From Candidatus Anderseniibacteriota bacterium (GTDB lineage Bacteria > Patescibacteriota > Andersenbacteria > UBA10190): DNA of 64,000 nt. The first letter of the stretch is position 1. Every line of letters starts with the position of its first letter. The stretch is taken from assembly GCA_040900375.1 (NCBI GenBank), contig JBBDZC010000012.1, forward strand, positions 39,301 to 103,300. The letters are read 5' to 3'. A model generated the notes under the pieces. The model did no database searches, was not told the origin of the DNA, and saw only the letters and a program-made list of their open reading frames with translations. The position numbers and the translations under genes are program-made. Below, piece after piece: positions 19,216 to 28,475 of this stretch.

Positions 19216-21117
19216 CTAGAGAATTCGTTCAGGAGTGACATCAACCCGATCGAGTGGCAGAGAGGCGTACAGCGAGGTAAGTGTGTCGAGAGCACCTAAT
19301 AGTAAGAGGTGGCGTTCATACTTGCCGCGGCGCTTGGTAAGAAAACTGCTAAACGGTCCCCGAATACTGACCGGCGTACCCGCTGTCATTTTCTCTTCGA
19401 TAGCTGTACGCAATGCGATAGCTTTATGGTCTGCTCCGGCGGGGGTAGCGCTGGCGGCTGTGATAATCACTGCTTCCCGGACTGGAGGATAGCCAAAATG
19501 CTGGCGCTCGCGTAACTGACGCTCGGCGAAGGCTGTTGGGGTAAGGATTAATTGATCGGCAACCAGTTGCTCTTTGCGCGTCACGATCACAACAGGCTGG
19601 CGGGCAGGCAGGAGAGACTGTAAACGAACAAGCGTATAATATGTGCGCTCCGAACTCCGGAAATCAGGGTAGAGTAAGCCCCGTTCGGGGAAGAGGTACA
19701 CCGCGTGCTCAAGACGCTGATTCGCGAGGGCAGCAAAAAGGGCAGTCGTTCCCAGGATGACTGTCCCACCCTTGAGAGTGCTTAGGGGAGAATTAGGGCG
19801 ACGGAGGGTATCAGCATCAAGTCGGAGGAGGGAAGCGGAAGCAGGCAGAAGTTCCTGCAAAAGGTCAGCGATTTTTTCTGTGCCGGCACCAAAGGAACGC
19901 AGCTTTTCCTGGTGACAGTGCGGGCAACGAGACGGGACTGCCTGTACCTTCCCACAGTGATGACATTGGAGACGGCGTAAGCCGGGCCCATGCACCGTGA
20001 AAGCAATATTACACTCGGGACAGCGCACAGCCTGATGACATGAACTACAAACAATTGTTTGCCAGACACCCCGTACATTATGGAGAATCGCGATACGCTC
20101 ACGTGCGGCCACCCAGCTTTTTAGCTGTCTCACAAACGTCGAGGGCAAACTCAAGTACTGCTTTTGCTCCGCCTCGGATAAAGCTATGACCCTAGGTTGC
20201 GGCAGACGGGGACGCCGTGTCAGCGGCGGTAAGGTGCCAGAAGCAACGGCGTGTTCTATGCGGAGCGAGGGGAAGCTTGTGGCATAGACTTGCACAGCGT
20301 GGTGAATTCCTGCCAGCACCCGGCTGATATCGAGATTGTGGAGGCGCGGATATTGATCCCATAATTTGTGGGTGCTGTAAAATTCTTCTTCGATCACAAT
20401 TACACCAAGGTTAGCGAAAGGTAAGAAAGCTGCTTTCTGGGTACCAATGATAAGCTGCAGGTTACCCGTGCGAACCTGGTGCCAGATCAGCGTAGATTGC
20501 TTCGGGGTCAAATCAGCGTGCATGAGGGCGAAGCGAGAAGCGGCGGTGGTGGTCTCCGCGAGACGAGCAATATGCTCGAGCATCCATTTTTCCGGGACTA
20601 ATATTAACACTTGTCGGCTTTGGCGCCAGGCTTGCTCCATCCGGGGTAGGTAGCGGCGAAAACGACTCATAAGCCTTCGGGCCACCACGACGGTATCATT
20701 GGCAATGAGCGGGGGAGCGGGGGAGGGCTGGGTGAGAACGGTCTGCGCCGCAGCCGGAAAAGATGGTGACTGCTGGCGCGTGACTGCTGGCGGATAGAAG
20801 AGACGCAACGTGTAGCCTAAACCCCCGCGCATGGTGCGATGAATCCAATGCGCAAATTCCACCTGGCGCGCAGTGAGCTGCAGGGGGGAGAGAAGAGTTA
20901 GCTCCTTGGTGAGGTAGGGGACACGCTGACGATGTACATTAACTACTACGCCCGGCACAACACGGCGGCCAAAAGGAATGGTTACCCGGGCAAATATCTC
21001 GGGCTCATGGCGTAGGGTAGCCGGCACATGGTAGGTGTAGGCCTGGGCGCTGGTGGCCGGCAGAGGAATGGCAGGGGCGACCTCGACATACACACGTGAT
21101 TTTTTTGTAGATACCAT
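19216..21117 (-). CDS. priA: Primosomal protein N' (PriA), helicase motifs degenerate
   Basis: N-terminal YTY-VP...V-IPFG-R, four CxxC pairs, G-GTEKI, YPDFRSSER, R--FGYPP; no GSGKT. Confidence 0.85.
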   Translation of the reverse strand: MVSTKKSRVYVEVAPAIPLPATSAQAYTYHVPATLRHEPEIFARVTIPFGRRVVPGVVVNVHRQRVPYLTKELTLLSPLQLTARQVEFAHWIHRTMRGGLGYTLRLFYPPAVTRQQSPSFPAAAQTVLTQPSPAPPLIANDTVVVARRLMSRFRRYLPRMEQAWRQSRQVLILVPEKWMLEHIARLAETTTAASRFALMHADLTPKQSTLIWHQVRTGNLQLIIGTQKAAFLPFANLGVIVIEEEFYSTHKLWDQYPRLHNLDISRVLAGIHHAVQVYATSFPSLRIEHAVASGTLPPLTRRPRLPQPRVIALSEAEQKQYLSLPSTFVRQLKSWVAARERIAILHNVRGVWQTIVCSSCHQAVRCPECNIAFTVHGPGLRRLQCHHCGKVQAVPSRCPHCHQEKLRSFGAGTEKIADLLQELLPASASLLRLDADTLRRPNSPLSTLKGGTVILGTTALFAALANQRLEHAVYLFPERGLLYPDFRSSERTYYTLVRLQSLLPARQPVVIVTRKEQLVADQLILTPTAFAERQLRERQHFGYPPVREAVIITAASATPAGADHKAIALRTAIEEKMTAGTPVSIRGPFSSFLTKRRGKYERHLLLLGALDTLTSLYASLPLDRVDVTPERIL

Positions 21118-21197
21118 ACATTATCACCGTACCATGAGGACCAGAATTGCACCGCTCTTTTTGGTAGACTGTTCGCCCACCATGCTCCCTCAAGCTC

Positions 21198-21299
21198 ATA
21201 CCAACCCCACGTACTTACTTCCACAACCGCGGGTCCAGCCTTCGCTAAGGCTTAAGTCACCCGCGGCTGATGGGGGAATGAATCAGGTAGGGTTGGTAT
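21198..21299. repeat. ~100 bp MITE-like repeat, copy 2
   Basis: ATACCAACCC...GGGTTGGTAT perfect 10 bp terminal inverted repeat; direct repeat of 18533-18632. Confidence 0.9.
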
Positions 21300-21817
21300 C
21301 ACTCATCGTAATGGGTCACTTCAAAACGATACATCGTGAAATCCTCGCGGTGGGAATCAATCCGTGACTCACGCAAAGCCGTAGCAATTTGGTCTTGGCC
21401 TGTTTCGATGCCAACCCGTTGGGGCAACAGCAGCGCTGATTTTTCCGTCGTGGACTTGAGGTATAGCCCAAAATGTTGGGGATCTAAATGATCGGGATCA
21501 CTAATACGCTGGAGGGGGCCCAACAGTGCCACACTATAAACCAAATACGATAAGTCTGCGTGGCGCACGCGGCGGGTTTGGTGATTGCTAATCGCAATAA
21601 TCGTATTAGTAATAATTTCTTCAGCAAGAGTGGGTTGATAGGGTAAAGGCTGGCCATACATGGAGCGCAAGCGCCGTCCCGGATTCTCAAAAATTGAGAC
21701 ATAGCATGCTTTCTGTCGCAAGGCCTCGGGCGGTAGGGCAGGGGGTAAGGGCAACGGTTCGTTGGTGCGAACATAATGTTCGGCAGAATGGCGGGCTAAT
21801 TTAACGTAGGTGCTCAT
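21299..21817 (-). CDS. AMMECR1 (AmmeMemoRadiSam protein A-like) domain protein
   Basis: YVKLAR-SAE-YV, ACYVSI, TLAEEII-N-I-A, LDP--FG, LLLP---GI, YRFEV. Confidence 0.85.
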   Translation of the reverse strand: MSTYVKLARHSAEHYVRTNEPLPLPPALPPEALRQKACYVSIFENPGRRLRSMYGQPLPYQPTLAEEIITNTIIAISNHQTRRVRHADLSYLVYSVALLGPLQRISDPDHLDPQHFGLYLKSTTEKSALLLPQRVGIETGQDQIATALRESRIDSHREDFTMYRFEVTHYDE

Positions 21818-21907
21818 GATGAGTAAATCATTCTAAGATACCATACCCGGGTCTCGCGCATCATTTTACCTTGCTGGAAGCGGCCGCTTGACCTACAGTG
21901 CAGCTAT

Positions 21908-22468
21908 ATGGAGCCGTCGATGATTCGCACTGATACTCGTGTTCGCTTGTTTGTGGCTGTACCGATACCAGCGCTTATCCAGAAAAATTTAATAGCAGCG
22001 CTTAATAGTTTTCCGCAGTACATTGAGCAGACAATTGATCAAGAAAGGTGGCATTTGACGCTCGTTTTCTTGGGTGAAGTTGAAAACCCACGACAATACT
22101 GGTCGCGACTTACCAAGGCCTTACCGCAAGCCTTTATGCCAACCATCTCAATTACGCACATCGGGCGCGGTCTCCAGCGCGATCAATTATGGGCCTATGC
22201 CCATCCGACAGCTATTCTCTTTAATTTATACCGCGAGCTGGGACAACGACTGCGCGGCATGCGCTTTCCTTTGCCCCGGCAACAGTACGATGATTTTGTG
22301 CCACACGTTCACGTGGCCAATCTATACCCTATGGCACGGGGCATTGGGATTGCTGATGCAGCCGTTACCACCACTTTTAGCGTCCGCGAACTCCTAGTAT
22401 ACCGGAGCGTTCCGGGTGCCCACGGATCACAGTACGCGACAGAAGCGGCTATACCCTTAGGTGCGTAA
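21908..22468 (+). CDS. thpR: RNA 2',3'-cyclic phosphodiesterase (2H family)
   Basis: RLFVAV, HLTLVFLG and F-PHVHVA 2H motifs. Confidence 0.85.
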   Translation: MEPSMIRTDTRVRLFVAVPIPALIQKNLIAALNSFPQYIEQTIDQERWHLTLVFLGEVENPRQYWSRLTKALPQAFMPTISITHIGRGLQRDQLWAYAHPTAILFNLYRELGQRLRGMRFPLPRQQYDDFVPHVHVANLYPMARGIGIADAAVTTTFSVRELLVYRSVPGAHGSQYATEAAIPLGA

Positions 22469-22470
22469 GT

Positions 22471-23442
22471 ATGTCGCTATCTACCCGTACTGCACAACGA
22501 GAAAAAGTCTTGGCCCCGGCTGCGGCAACTTTGTCGCCAAGGAGTGAGCCCGATCTGACTGCGGCCATACCGCGGGGAACAATCGAGCAATTGCAACTAG
22601 GTCACGTAATTTGTGACTTCTTGCGGCAGGAGATCTTTCAGAACTTGTGTACCACCTGGCTCACTAATGATGAACAACGTTTTCATCATGTAATCACTCT
22701 TAACCCGGAGATGGTCATGGCCGCGGAAAGTAATATCCCTTTTCGCCAGGCGCTCCAACAAGCAAAGCTGCGCGTTCCTGACGGGGCTGGTTTAATTTGG
22801 GCCCAGTGGTTTATCCGTTCTCAATTTTGGTCGCTGATTCCTAGCTTAATCGCTTTTTCTTTCCGTGATGTTGAACGCATTACGGGGGTTGACACAGTTT
22901 GGCTACTGGCCCGCCTGTGTGCCCGCTTTGATCACCCCTTGTACCTCTTAGGCGGCACGGCTCGGGAGGTAGAGAGAACAGCTACGCTGCTCCGTGATGC
23001 TCTGCCGAGCCTTCAGGTTCATACGAGTGCCGACCATACCTACAATCTTGAGGGTCCCGCGGAAATTTTAGCAGACATTCGCCACCGGGCACCCGCCGTA
23101 CTCTTAGTGGCTTATGGGGCGGTCAAGCAAACATTGTGGATTGAACGCCATAAGCAGGAACTTCCGAGTGTCCGAATTGCCGTGGGGGTCGGTGGCGCCT
23201 TTTCTATTTTAAGCGAAGAGAAACCGCGGGCACCGCGAATCTTGCGGCAATTTAACCTGGAATGGTTGTGGCGACTCTTGTTAGAACCCTCACGATTACC
23301 ACGTATTTGGCAGGCAACTGTCCGGTTTCCACTGCTCATCCAGCGCCAAAAAGCGGCTGACCCGCCACTATTTGCCTCGCCCGATACTCAATCTACGCCC
23401 GCTACACCTCCGTTAGACAAACAGGATACTGCTGCAAGATAA
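22471..23442 (+). CDS. WecB/TagA/CpsF family glycosyltransferase
   Basis: TLNPE, PDGAG, RITGVD, G--KQ--WI, GVGGAF, RAP, LEWLWRL--EP-R. Confidence 0.92.
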   Translation: MSLSTRTAQREKVLAPAAATLSPRSEPDLTAAIPRGTIEQLQLGHVICDFLRQEIFQNLCTTWLTNDEQRFHHVITLNPEMVMAAESNIPFRQALQQAKLRVPDGAGLIWAQWFIRSQFWSLIPSLIAFSFRDVERITGVDTVWLLARLCARFDHPLYLLGGTAREVERTATLLRDALPSLQVHTSADHTYNLEGPAEILADIRHRAPAVLLVAYGAVKQTLWIERHKQELPSVRIAVGVGGAFSILSEEKPRAPRILRQFNLEWLWRLLLEPSRLPRIWQATVRFPLLIQRQKAADPPLFASPDTQSTPATPPLDKQDTAAR

Positions 23443-23714
23443 GGAGCAAGAAAGGGGGTAAAGTTACTATTTTCAATGTGCTCGCGGCATTTATAAAAGT
23501 AAATATTAGCTTTATTTGGTAAATAATTAGGCTTTTGCACATGTAGCTATATTTGACGCAATATCATGCCCTTTTTAGGGTGAAATGATGGTCGAATTTA
23601 TCTACCGGTTTAGCACAAGGGTTTTAGTTAGTCTCATCCGGGAGGCGTAATGCTCTTGTAAGACTTAGCAGGGTATGAATATCCTTACCGACTTTAAAGG
23701 AGGTGACGGCAGAC

Positions 23715-24377
23715 ATGAATGATCACGATAAAGATGACGATGCAGTAGATTATGAGGAAGGAAGTTTTTTTGATCGAATCAAAGAATCACCTCGAACTGT
23801 TTCTGCCCTAATTATCATTTTAATTGTCGCGGCCGCGATTTACGCTTTTTCCGGAAATGATGACCAGGGGTTGCAAGATGAGCCTGGTGACCAGGTAGCA
23901 GTTACCACGCAAGAACCAGGAACGGGTGAGGAAGAAGAAGCGGGAACCGAGACGACACCCTCGCCAGGCGAGGGGGATGGAGCAGACGTTACGAGCGCGC
24001 CAACAACAACGCCCGCCGCGCCTTCGGAGCCAGTCACCCAAGAGCAGCTGCGCGAGGCCGCCCAAGCCTTGCCCCAGGCACGCACCACTGACAATGCGTA
24101 CGTGGAAGTAGCACAAGCGGGTGATGGGATCACCCACCTAAGTCGTCGAGCGGTCACTCATTGGCTCGCCGAAAATCAACCCGGCTATTCCGTAACCAAT
24201 GAACACCGCATCTACATCGAGGACTATATCCAGAATCGTCTAGGAAGTGAGCGTCTAGAAATAGGCGGAGAAAAATCCATTTCCTTTGACCTAATCCGTG
24301 AGGCAGTCGCCGCCGCCGGACAATTAAACGAGCAGCAACTGCGTAACCTAAGCCAGTACACCCACGCATTAACATGA
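23715..24377 (+). CDS. Hypothetical membrane-anchored protein
   Basis: AAGGAGGTGA RBS, TM helix, acidic linker, C-terminal domain A--GDGITHL-R. Confidence 0.75.
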   Translation: MNDHDKDDDAVDYEEGSFFDRIKESPRTVSALIIILIVAAAIYAFSGNDDQGLQDEPGDQVAVTTQEPGTGEEEEAGTETTPSPGEGDGADVTSAPTTTPAAPSEPVTQEQLREAAQALPQARTTDNAYVEVAQAGDGITHLSRRAVTHWLAENQPGYSVTNEHRIYIEDYIQNRLGSERLEIGGEKSISFDLIREAVAAAGQLNEQQLRNLSQYTHALT

Positions 24378-24401
24378 TTGTAGTGGGCCTTTCGGGGAAT
24401 C

Positions 24402-24433
24402 AAAAAGCTCCACTGTATACGGTGGAGCTTTTT
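24402..24433 (+). terminator. Intrinsic (bidirectional) terminator
   Basis: AAAAAGCTCCAC-TGTATACG-GTGGAGCTTTTT. Confidence 0.85.
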
Positions 24434-24471
24434 GCTACACTGCCTTAATCTATGAGTACCATGTCGCGGCT

Positions 24472-25233
24472 ATGACTTTACCCTTACCTACCCGTGAAGC
24501 TCCACGGGCTCACGCCCGTGGCCTCTCCCGTCAAGGGACGCCGCCGCAGGCGGTGAGCGGAACCCCGCGAAGCCGAAGGCCCAGCTACCCCACTTCGCTC
24601 GCCGTTGGCGAGCTCCGCGGGGTACCCCATTCGCCTTCATCCACGGGCTCACGCCCGTGGCTTTCGGCGAAGTGGGGTAAACTTCCATCCGAGGCTAAGC
24701 GCGTCTTTACCGGACGCATTTTTAGTGTGTGGCAATGGGAACAGCAACTATATAACGGTAGTACGGCAATCTTTGAAGGGATTAGCCGCCCCGACTATGT
24801 TTGTGCTATTGGAATATTGCCTAATCAAAAACTCCTGTTAGTGGAAGATGAACAACCTGATCGTCCAGCCATCATCACGCCGGCAGGCGGTCAACTCGAG
24901 CCGGGTGAAGAACCAAGCGCGGGCGCAGGACGAGAATTCCGGGAAGAAACAGGCTATGAAGCCAGGCAGCTTGTACCCTGGTTTACGTATCAGCCAAATA
25001 GTAAATTATTTATGACGTGCCACTTCTTCATCGCCCGCCATCTTACAGCGCACGGTCAGACCGCGCTTGAAGCAGGGGAGCGCATCACGCTTAAGCAGTA
25101 CACTTTTGCGGAATTTGTCGCCCTTGGGAGCGACCCGGCTGTACGAGATGGAATGTTACGTATTAAGCTGCTTGAAGCCCAGCTTGATCCCCAAAAGAAA
25201 CAAGATCTCCACCACTTACTCTATGCCCGGTAG
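24472..25233 (+). CDS. Nudix hydrolase with in-frame repeat insertion near the N-terminus
   Basis: Nudix box GG-LEPGE-P--GAGREFREETG; KRVF-G-IFSVWQWEQ. Confidence 0.85.
   Translation: MTLPLPTREAPRAHARGLSRQGTPPQAVSGTPRSRRPSYPTSLAVGELRGVPHSPSSTGSRPWLSAKWGKLPSEAKRVFTGRIFSVWQWEQQLYNGSTAIFEGISRPDYVCAIGILPNQKLLLVEDEQPDRPAIITPAGGQLEPGEEPSAGAGREFREETGYEARQLVPWFTYQPNSKLFMTCHFFIARHLTAHGQTALEAGERITLKQYTFAEFVALGSDPAVRDGMLRIKLLEAQLDPQKKQDLHHLLYAR
24491..24677. mobile_element. 187 bp TA-flanked palindromic mini-element inside the Nudix gene
   Basis: two copies of CCACGGGCTCACGCCCGTGG, inverted repeat TACCCCACTTCGC/GCGAAGTGGGGTA, TA at 24489-90 and 24678-79. Confidence 0.75.
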
Positions 25234-26572
25234 TGAAAAACAGGTTCGTGTCCGGATCGCGCCTAGTCCCACCGGTAATCTTCATGTGGGCACGGTCCGC
25301 GCGGCTCTTTTTAATGAACTTTTTGCTCGCCACCACGGCGGCAGCTTCATCATCCGTATTGAAGATACTGATAAGGCGCGCTCGCGTCCCGAGTTTGAAC
25401 GTAATATTCTCGAGGGCTTAGCCTGGCTGGGAATAGAGTGGCAGGAAGGGCCGGACAAAGACGGTAGTTTTGGTCCCTACCGTCAGTCAGAACGTATTGA
25501 ACACTACCGCGCCGCTTTGCAGGCGCTCTTGGACCAGGATAAAGCTTACTATGATGAGACAGCTAATAACGTCATTCGGTTACGTGTGGCTCCTCAAGAA
25601 GTACGGTTTACTGACCTTATCCGGGGAGAAATTATTACCCATACTGATAGTTGGGGAGGGGACTTTGTGATCGCGCGCGACCTTAAAGATCCTGTTTTTC
25701 ATCTCGCGGTTGTGGTTGATGATGCCGCCCAGCAGATTAGCCATGTGATTAGGGGAGAGGACCATATCAGCAATACCGCCCGCCATCTTTTACTGCAGCA
25801 AGCGCTTAATCTTCCAACACCGCACTATGCTCACTTACCATTACTCCTGGATGAGCATCGCCGGAAACTCTCGAAGCGGGCAGGGGAAGTCAGTGTGCTC
25901 ACGTACCAACAGCACGGCTACTTGCCGGATGCTCTGCTAAACTATTTAGCGCTGCTGGGTTGGAATCCCAAGAATGACCAAGAATATTTCACCCACGAAG
26001 AACTAATTCGTAACTTTAACCTGCCGGGTATCCAAAAGGGCGGAGCAGTTTTCTCCCTGGTAAAGCTGCAAGGTTTTAATAAGTATTATTTACGCCAATT
26101 ATCACCGCCGGCGTTGTTGGCGGCAGCCGAGCCGTATTTACGCCAGGCGGGAATCGCGGTGGATAATACGGCTTACTGGCAGTCGGCGCTGCAAACAGAG
26201 CAAGAGCGGGTGAGTACTCTTCAAGAATTAGGCCAGGCTGTAGCGTTTTTTGCACCAGACTGGCAAGGTGATTTCCCGGGGACGCTGCTTATATGGAAAA
26301 AAAGTGATCGTCAGCAGACACGGCAGATTCTAGAAAAATTAGCCCAGTTTCTTGAGACCCTGCCCGAGCCGACGTTTACGGTGCAAAGTCTCCACGATGA
26401 GATTATGAACTGGCTGGAGACAGAACAGTTGGGACGAGGGGATACACTGTGGCCTCTGCGGGTGGCCCTGACTGGACGCGAGCATTCACCTGGGCCCTTT
26501 GAAGTAGCCGCCGTCCTGGGCAAACAGGCGACGCTGCAGCGCATTGCGCAGGCGCTGGAGAAACTATTATAA
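25223..26572 (+). CDS. gltX: Glutamate--tRNA ligase
   Basis: RIAPSPTGNLHVG, IRIEDTD, GPYRQSER, HVIRGEDH, KLSKR. Confidence 0.97.
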   Translation: MPGSEKQVRVRIAPSPTGNLHVGTVRAALFNELFARHHGGSFIIRIEDTDKARSRPEFERNILEGLAWLGIEWQEGPDKDGSFGPYRQSERIEHYRAALQALLDQDKAYYDETANNVIRLRVAPQEVRFTDLIRGEIITHTDSWGGDFVIARDLKDPVFHLAVVVDDAAQQISHVIRGEDHISNTARHLLLQQALNLPTPHYAHLPLLLDEHRRKLSKRAGEVSVLTYQQHGYLPDALLNYLALLGWNPKNDQEYFTHEELIRNFNLPGIQKGGAVFSLVKLQGFNKYYLRQLSPPALLAAAEPYLRQAGIAVDNTAYWQSALQTEQERVSTLQELGQAVAFFAPDWQGDFPGTLLIWKKSDRQQTRQILEKLAQFLETLPEPTFTVQSLHDEIMNWLETEQLGRGDTLWPLRVALTGREHSPGPFEVAAVLGKQATLQRIAQALEKLL

Positions 26573-26583
26573 TTTTAACCATT

Positions 26584-26679
26584 ATGAAACATTTTCGCCC
26601 CCGCTGGCAGCGCATCCTCTACACTATCATTGTGGCGTTGTTGGCCCTTGGTATGGTATCTATTTCGTTTATCTACTAA
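26584..26679 (+). CDS. Putative 31-aa single-TM small protein
   Basis: hand translation MKHFRPRWQRILYTIIVALLALGMVSISFIY; 11 nt after the gltX stop. Confidence 0.5.
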   Translation: MKHFRPRWQRILYTIIVALLALGMVSISFIY

Positions 26680-26844
26680 GCAATCCCTGATTGGGAGATA
26701 TTGCAGGAATAGCCTGGCGCTTCGGCATAATGAATATCCAAGGCCCCTGATGGGCCGGAGCCGTTGATATACTGGGCAGGCTGTATCGCGCCGATAAGTC
26801 GTGGCATAATAAGAGAGTTAGCTTATGGTCCTCACGCATTACTT

Positions 26845-28047
26845 GTGAAGCCACGTTTTGTTGTTGGTTTGCTCTTCCTGGCAGCGCTGTTTATAGTGGC
26901 GCAGCCTGGTCAATTGTGGGCAAAAACGGTTGAGGAGCTCCGGGCGGAACTGAATGCTCGGCGCGAACAGTTGAAAGAGGCGGAATCAAACATTGCCCAG
27001 TTTAAACAAGAGATTCAACTAAAAAAGAGAGAGGCCCGTACGCTCGAAGAGCAAATTGACCTCATGGATTACAATATTGATGAAATAGAGCTCACGATTA
27101 CCAGGACCCTCGCCGAAGTAGAGAAGACGAATAGTGAGATTGAGTCAGTCGCTGCCGAAATTGCGCAGCGCGAAGAAGAAATTATTGGCCAGAAGGCTAA
27201 GCTAGCGGAGTACATTCGGGCCATGCATATCTTGGATCAACAATCGACCGTCACCGTATTCCTTAAGTATGCCACTTTTTCCGAGGCAGTTAGCGAAGCG
27301 GCCACGTATCAAGAGTTACAGAATAGGGGGCAGGAGACATTAGTTGCCGTCCAGCAACTGCGCGATGAACTAAGCGCTAAGCAGCGTGAACTAGAAGATT
27401 TTAAACAGACGCTAGAAGCCCTCCAGCGGCGACAAGAACAGCAGCAGCAAACACTAACCGTGCAGCGTAATTCGAAAGAACGAATTCTCCAACTTACTAA
27501 TGCGCAAGAGGTACAATTTCAGCAGCTTCTCAAGCAATCTCAGCAAGCCCATCAAGCAGCTGATGCCGACATTAAACAAATTGACCAGCTCATTCGTGAG
27601 GAGCTACGTAAGCAAGGTATTGGCAAGCTACCCGCCATCGGCATACTTGATTGGCCGGTAGAGGCAATTTTTGGTGTTTCCTGTCCTTTTCACTGTGCCG
27701 GATATCCTTATCAGTATCTCATTGGCCCGCACGCCGGGATTGATATTCCAACCTATGTAGGGACGCCTATTAGAGCGCCGGCTGACGGCTATGTGGCCCG
27801 GCTGCATGACGCGGGAGGACCAGGCTACAGTTATATTTTGATGCTGCACGGGGAAAGTGTTTCGACGGTCTATGGTCATGTTTCTGGTTTTGCTACTAAT
27901 GAGGGCCAACTAGTCACTCGGGGCACGATCATTGGCTATACCGGCGGGGCGCCTGGCACAAGGGGAGCGGGGCTTTCCTCGGGACCACATCTTCATTTCG
28001 AAGTACGGGTTAATAACACGCCGGTGGATCCCGCTAAATACTTATAA
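26845..28047 (+). CDS. Coiled-coil M23 metallopeptidase (EnvC/murein hydrolase-like)
   Basis: signal peptide, long coiled coil, HAGIDI, GTPIRAPADG, YGH, GPHLHFEVR. Confidence 0.92.
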   Translation: MKPRFVVGLLFLAALFIVAQPGQLWAKTVEELRAELNARREQLKEAESNIAQFKQEIQLKKREARTLEEQIDLMDYNIDEIELTITRTLAEVEKTNSEIESVAAEIAQREEEIIGQKAKLAEYIRAMHILDQQSTVTVFLKYATFSEAVSEAATYQELQNRGQETLVAVQQLRDELSAKQRELEDFKQTLEALQRRQEQQQQTLTVQRNSKERILQLTNAQEVQFQQLLKQSQQAHQAADADIKQIDQLIREELRKQGIGKLPAIGILDWPVEAIFGVSCPFHCAGYPYQYLIGPHAGIDIPTYVGTPIRAPADGYVARLHDAGGPGYSYILMLHGESVSTVYGHVSGFATNEGQLVTRGTIIGYTGGAPGTRGAGLSSGPHLHFEVRVNNTPVDPAKYL

Positions 28048-28071
28048 ATATTTACCTTAAGGTGCGTCGTG

Positions 28072-28200
28072 ATGGCTTTTGATCCGGATAAAATTTTTGA
28101 GGCCTGGGTGGTTCGACTCTCCCCAGTGTGGGGACCTTTCTATGCGGTGTTTTATATCCTGCGTCTTTTTTGGCGAGAGCTTTTTCGCCGCGAGCCCTGA
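28072..28200 (+). CDS. Putative 42-aa small membrane protein
   Basis: hand translation MAFDPDKIFEAWVVRLSPVWGPFYAVFYILRLFWRELFRREP; AAGG upstream. Confidence 0.45.
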   Translation: MAFDPDKIFEAWVVRLSPVWGPFYAVFYILRLFWRELFRREP

Positions 28201-28249
28201 AGTATTCAACCATCGCCTGACTGATCACAAACTAGTACAATAGCTTTTA

Positions 28250-28441
28250 ATGGCATTGCCGACTTTGGCTGAATTTATTCAAAAACTGGAAGGACCTTAT
28301 AAGTGGTACGTCATTATGGCTGTCATTTTAGTTCTGACTGCTTTCTTTAGTCGTTTCGTTTTTAAAACAATTAAGTGGTTTCTCATGATTATTGCTTTAG
28401 GTGTGATTATGCTGGCAGTGGTTATGTATCTGACCACATAA
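28250..28441 (+). CDS. Small 2-TM membrane protein
   Basis: 63 aa with two hydrophobic helices, followed by a terminator. Confidence 0.65.
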   Translation: MALPTLAEFIQKLEGPYKWYVIMAVILVLTAFFSRFVFKTIKWFLMIIALGVIMLAVVMYLTT

Positions 28442-28475
28442 AAAAATCCCCTGCTCTTACTTAAAGAGTAGGGGA
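28441..28475 (-). terminator. Intrinsic terminator between convergent genes
   Basis: minus strand TCCCCTACTCTT-TAAGT-AAGAGCAGGGGA then TTTTTT. Confidence 0.7.

Noticed and set aside
18533-21299. CRISPR array or attL/attR pair
   Set aside because: Only two 100-bp copies, no spacer periodicity, no cas or integrase, and the enclosed gene is core priA
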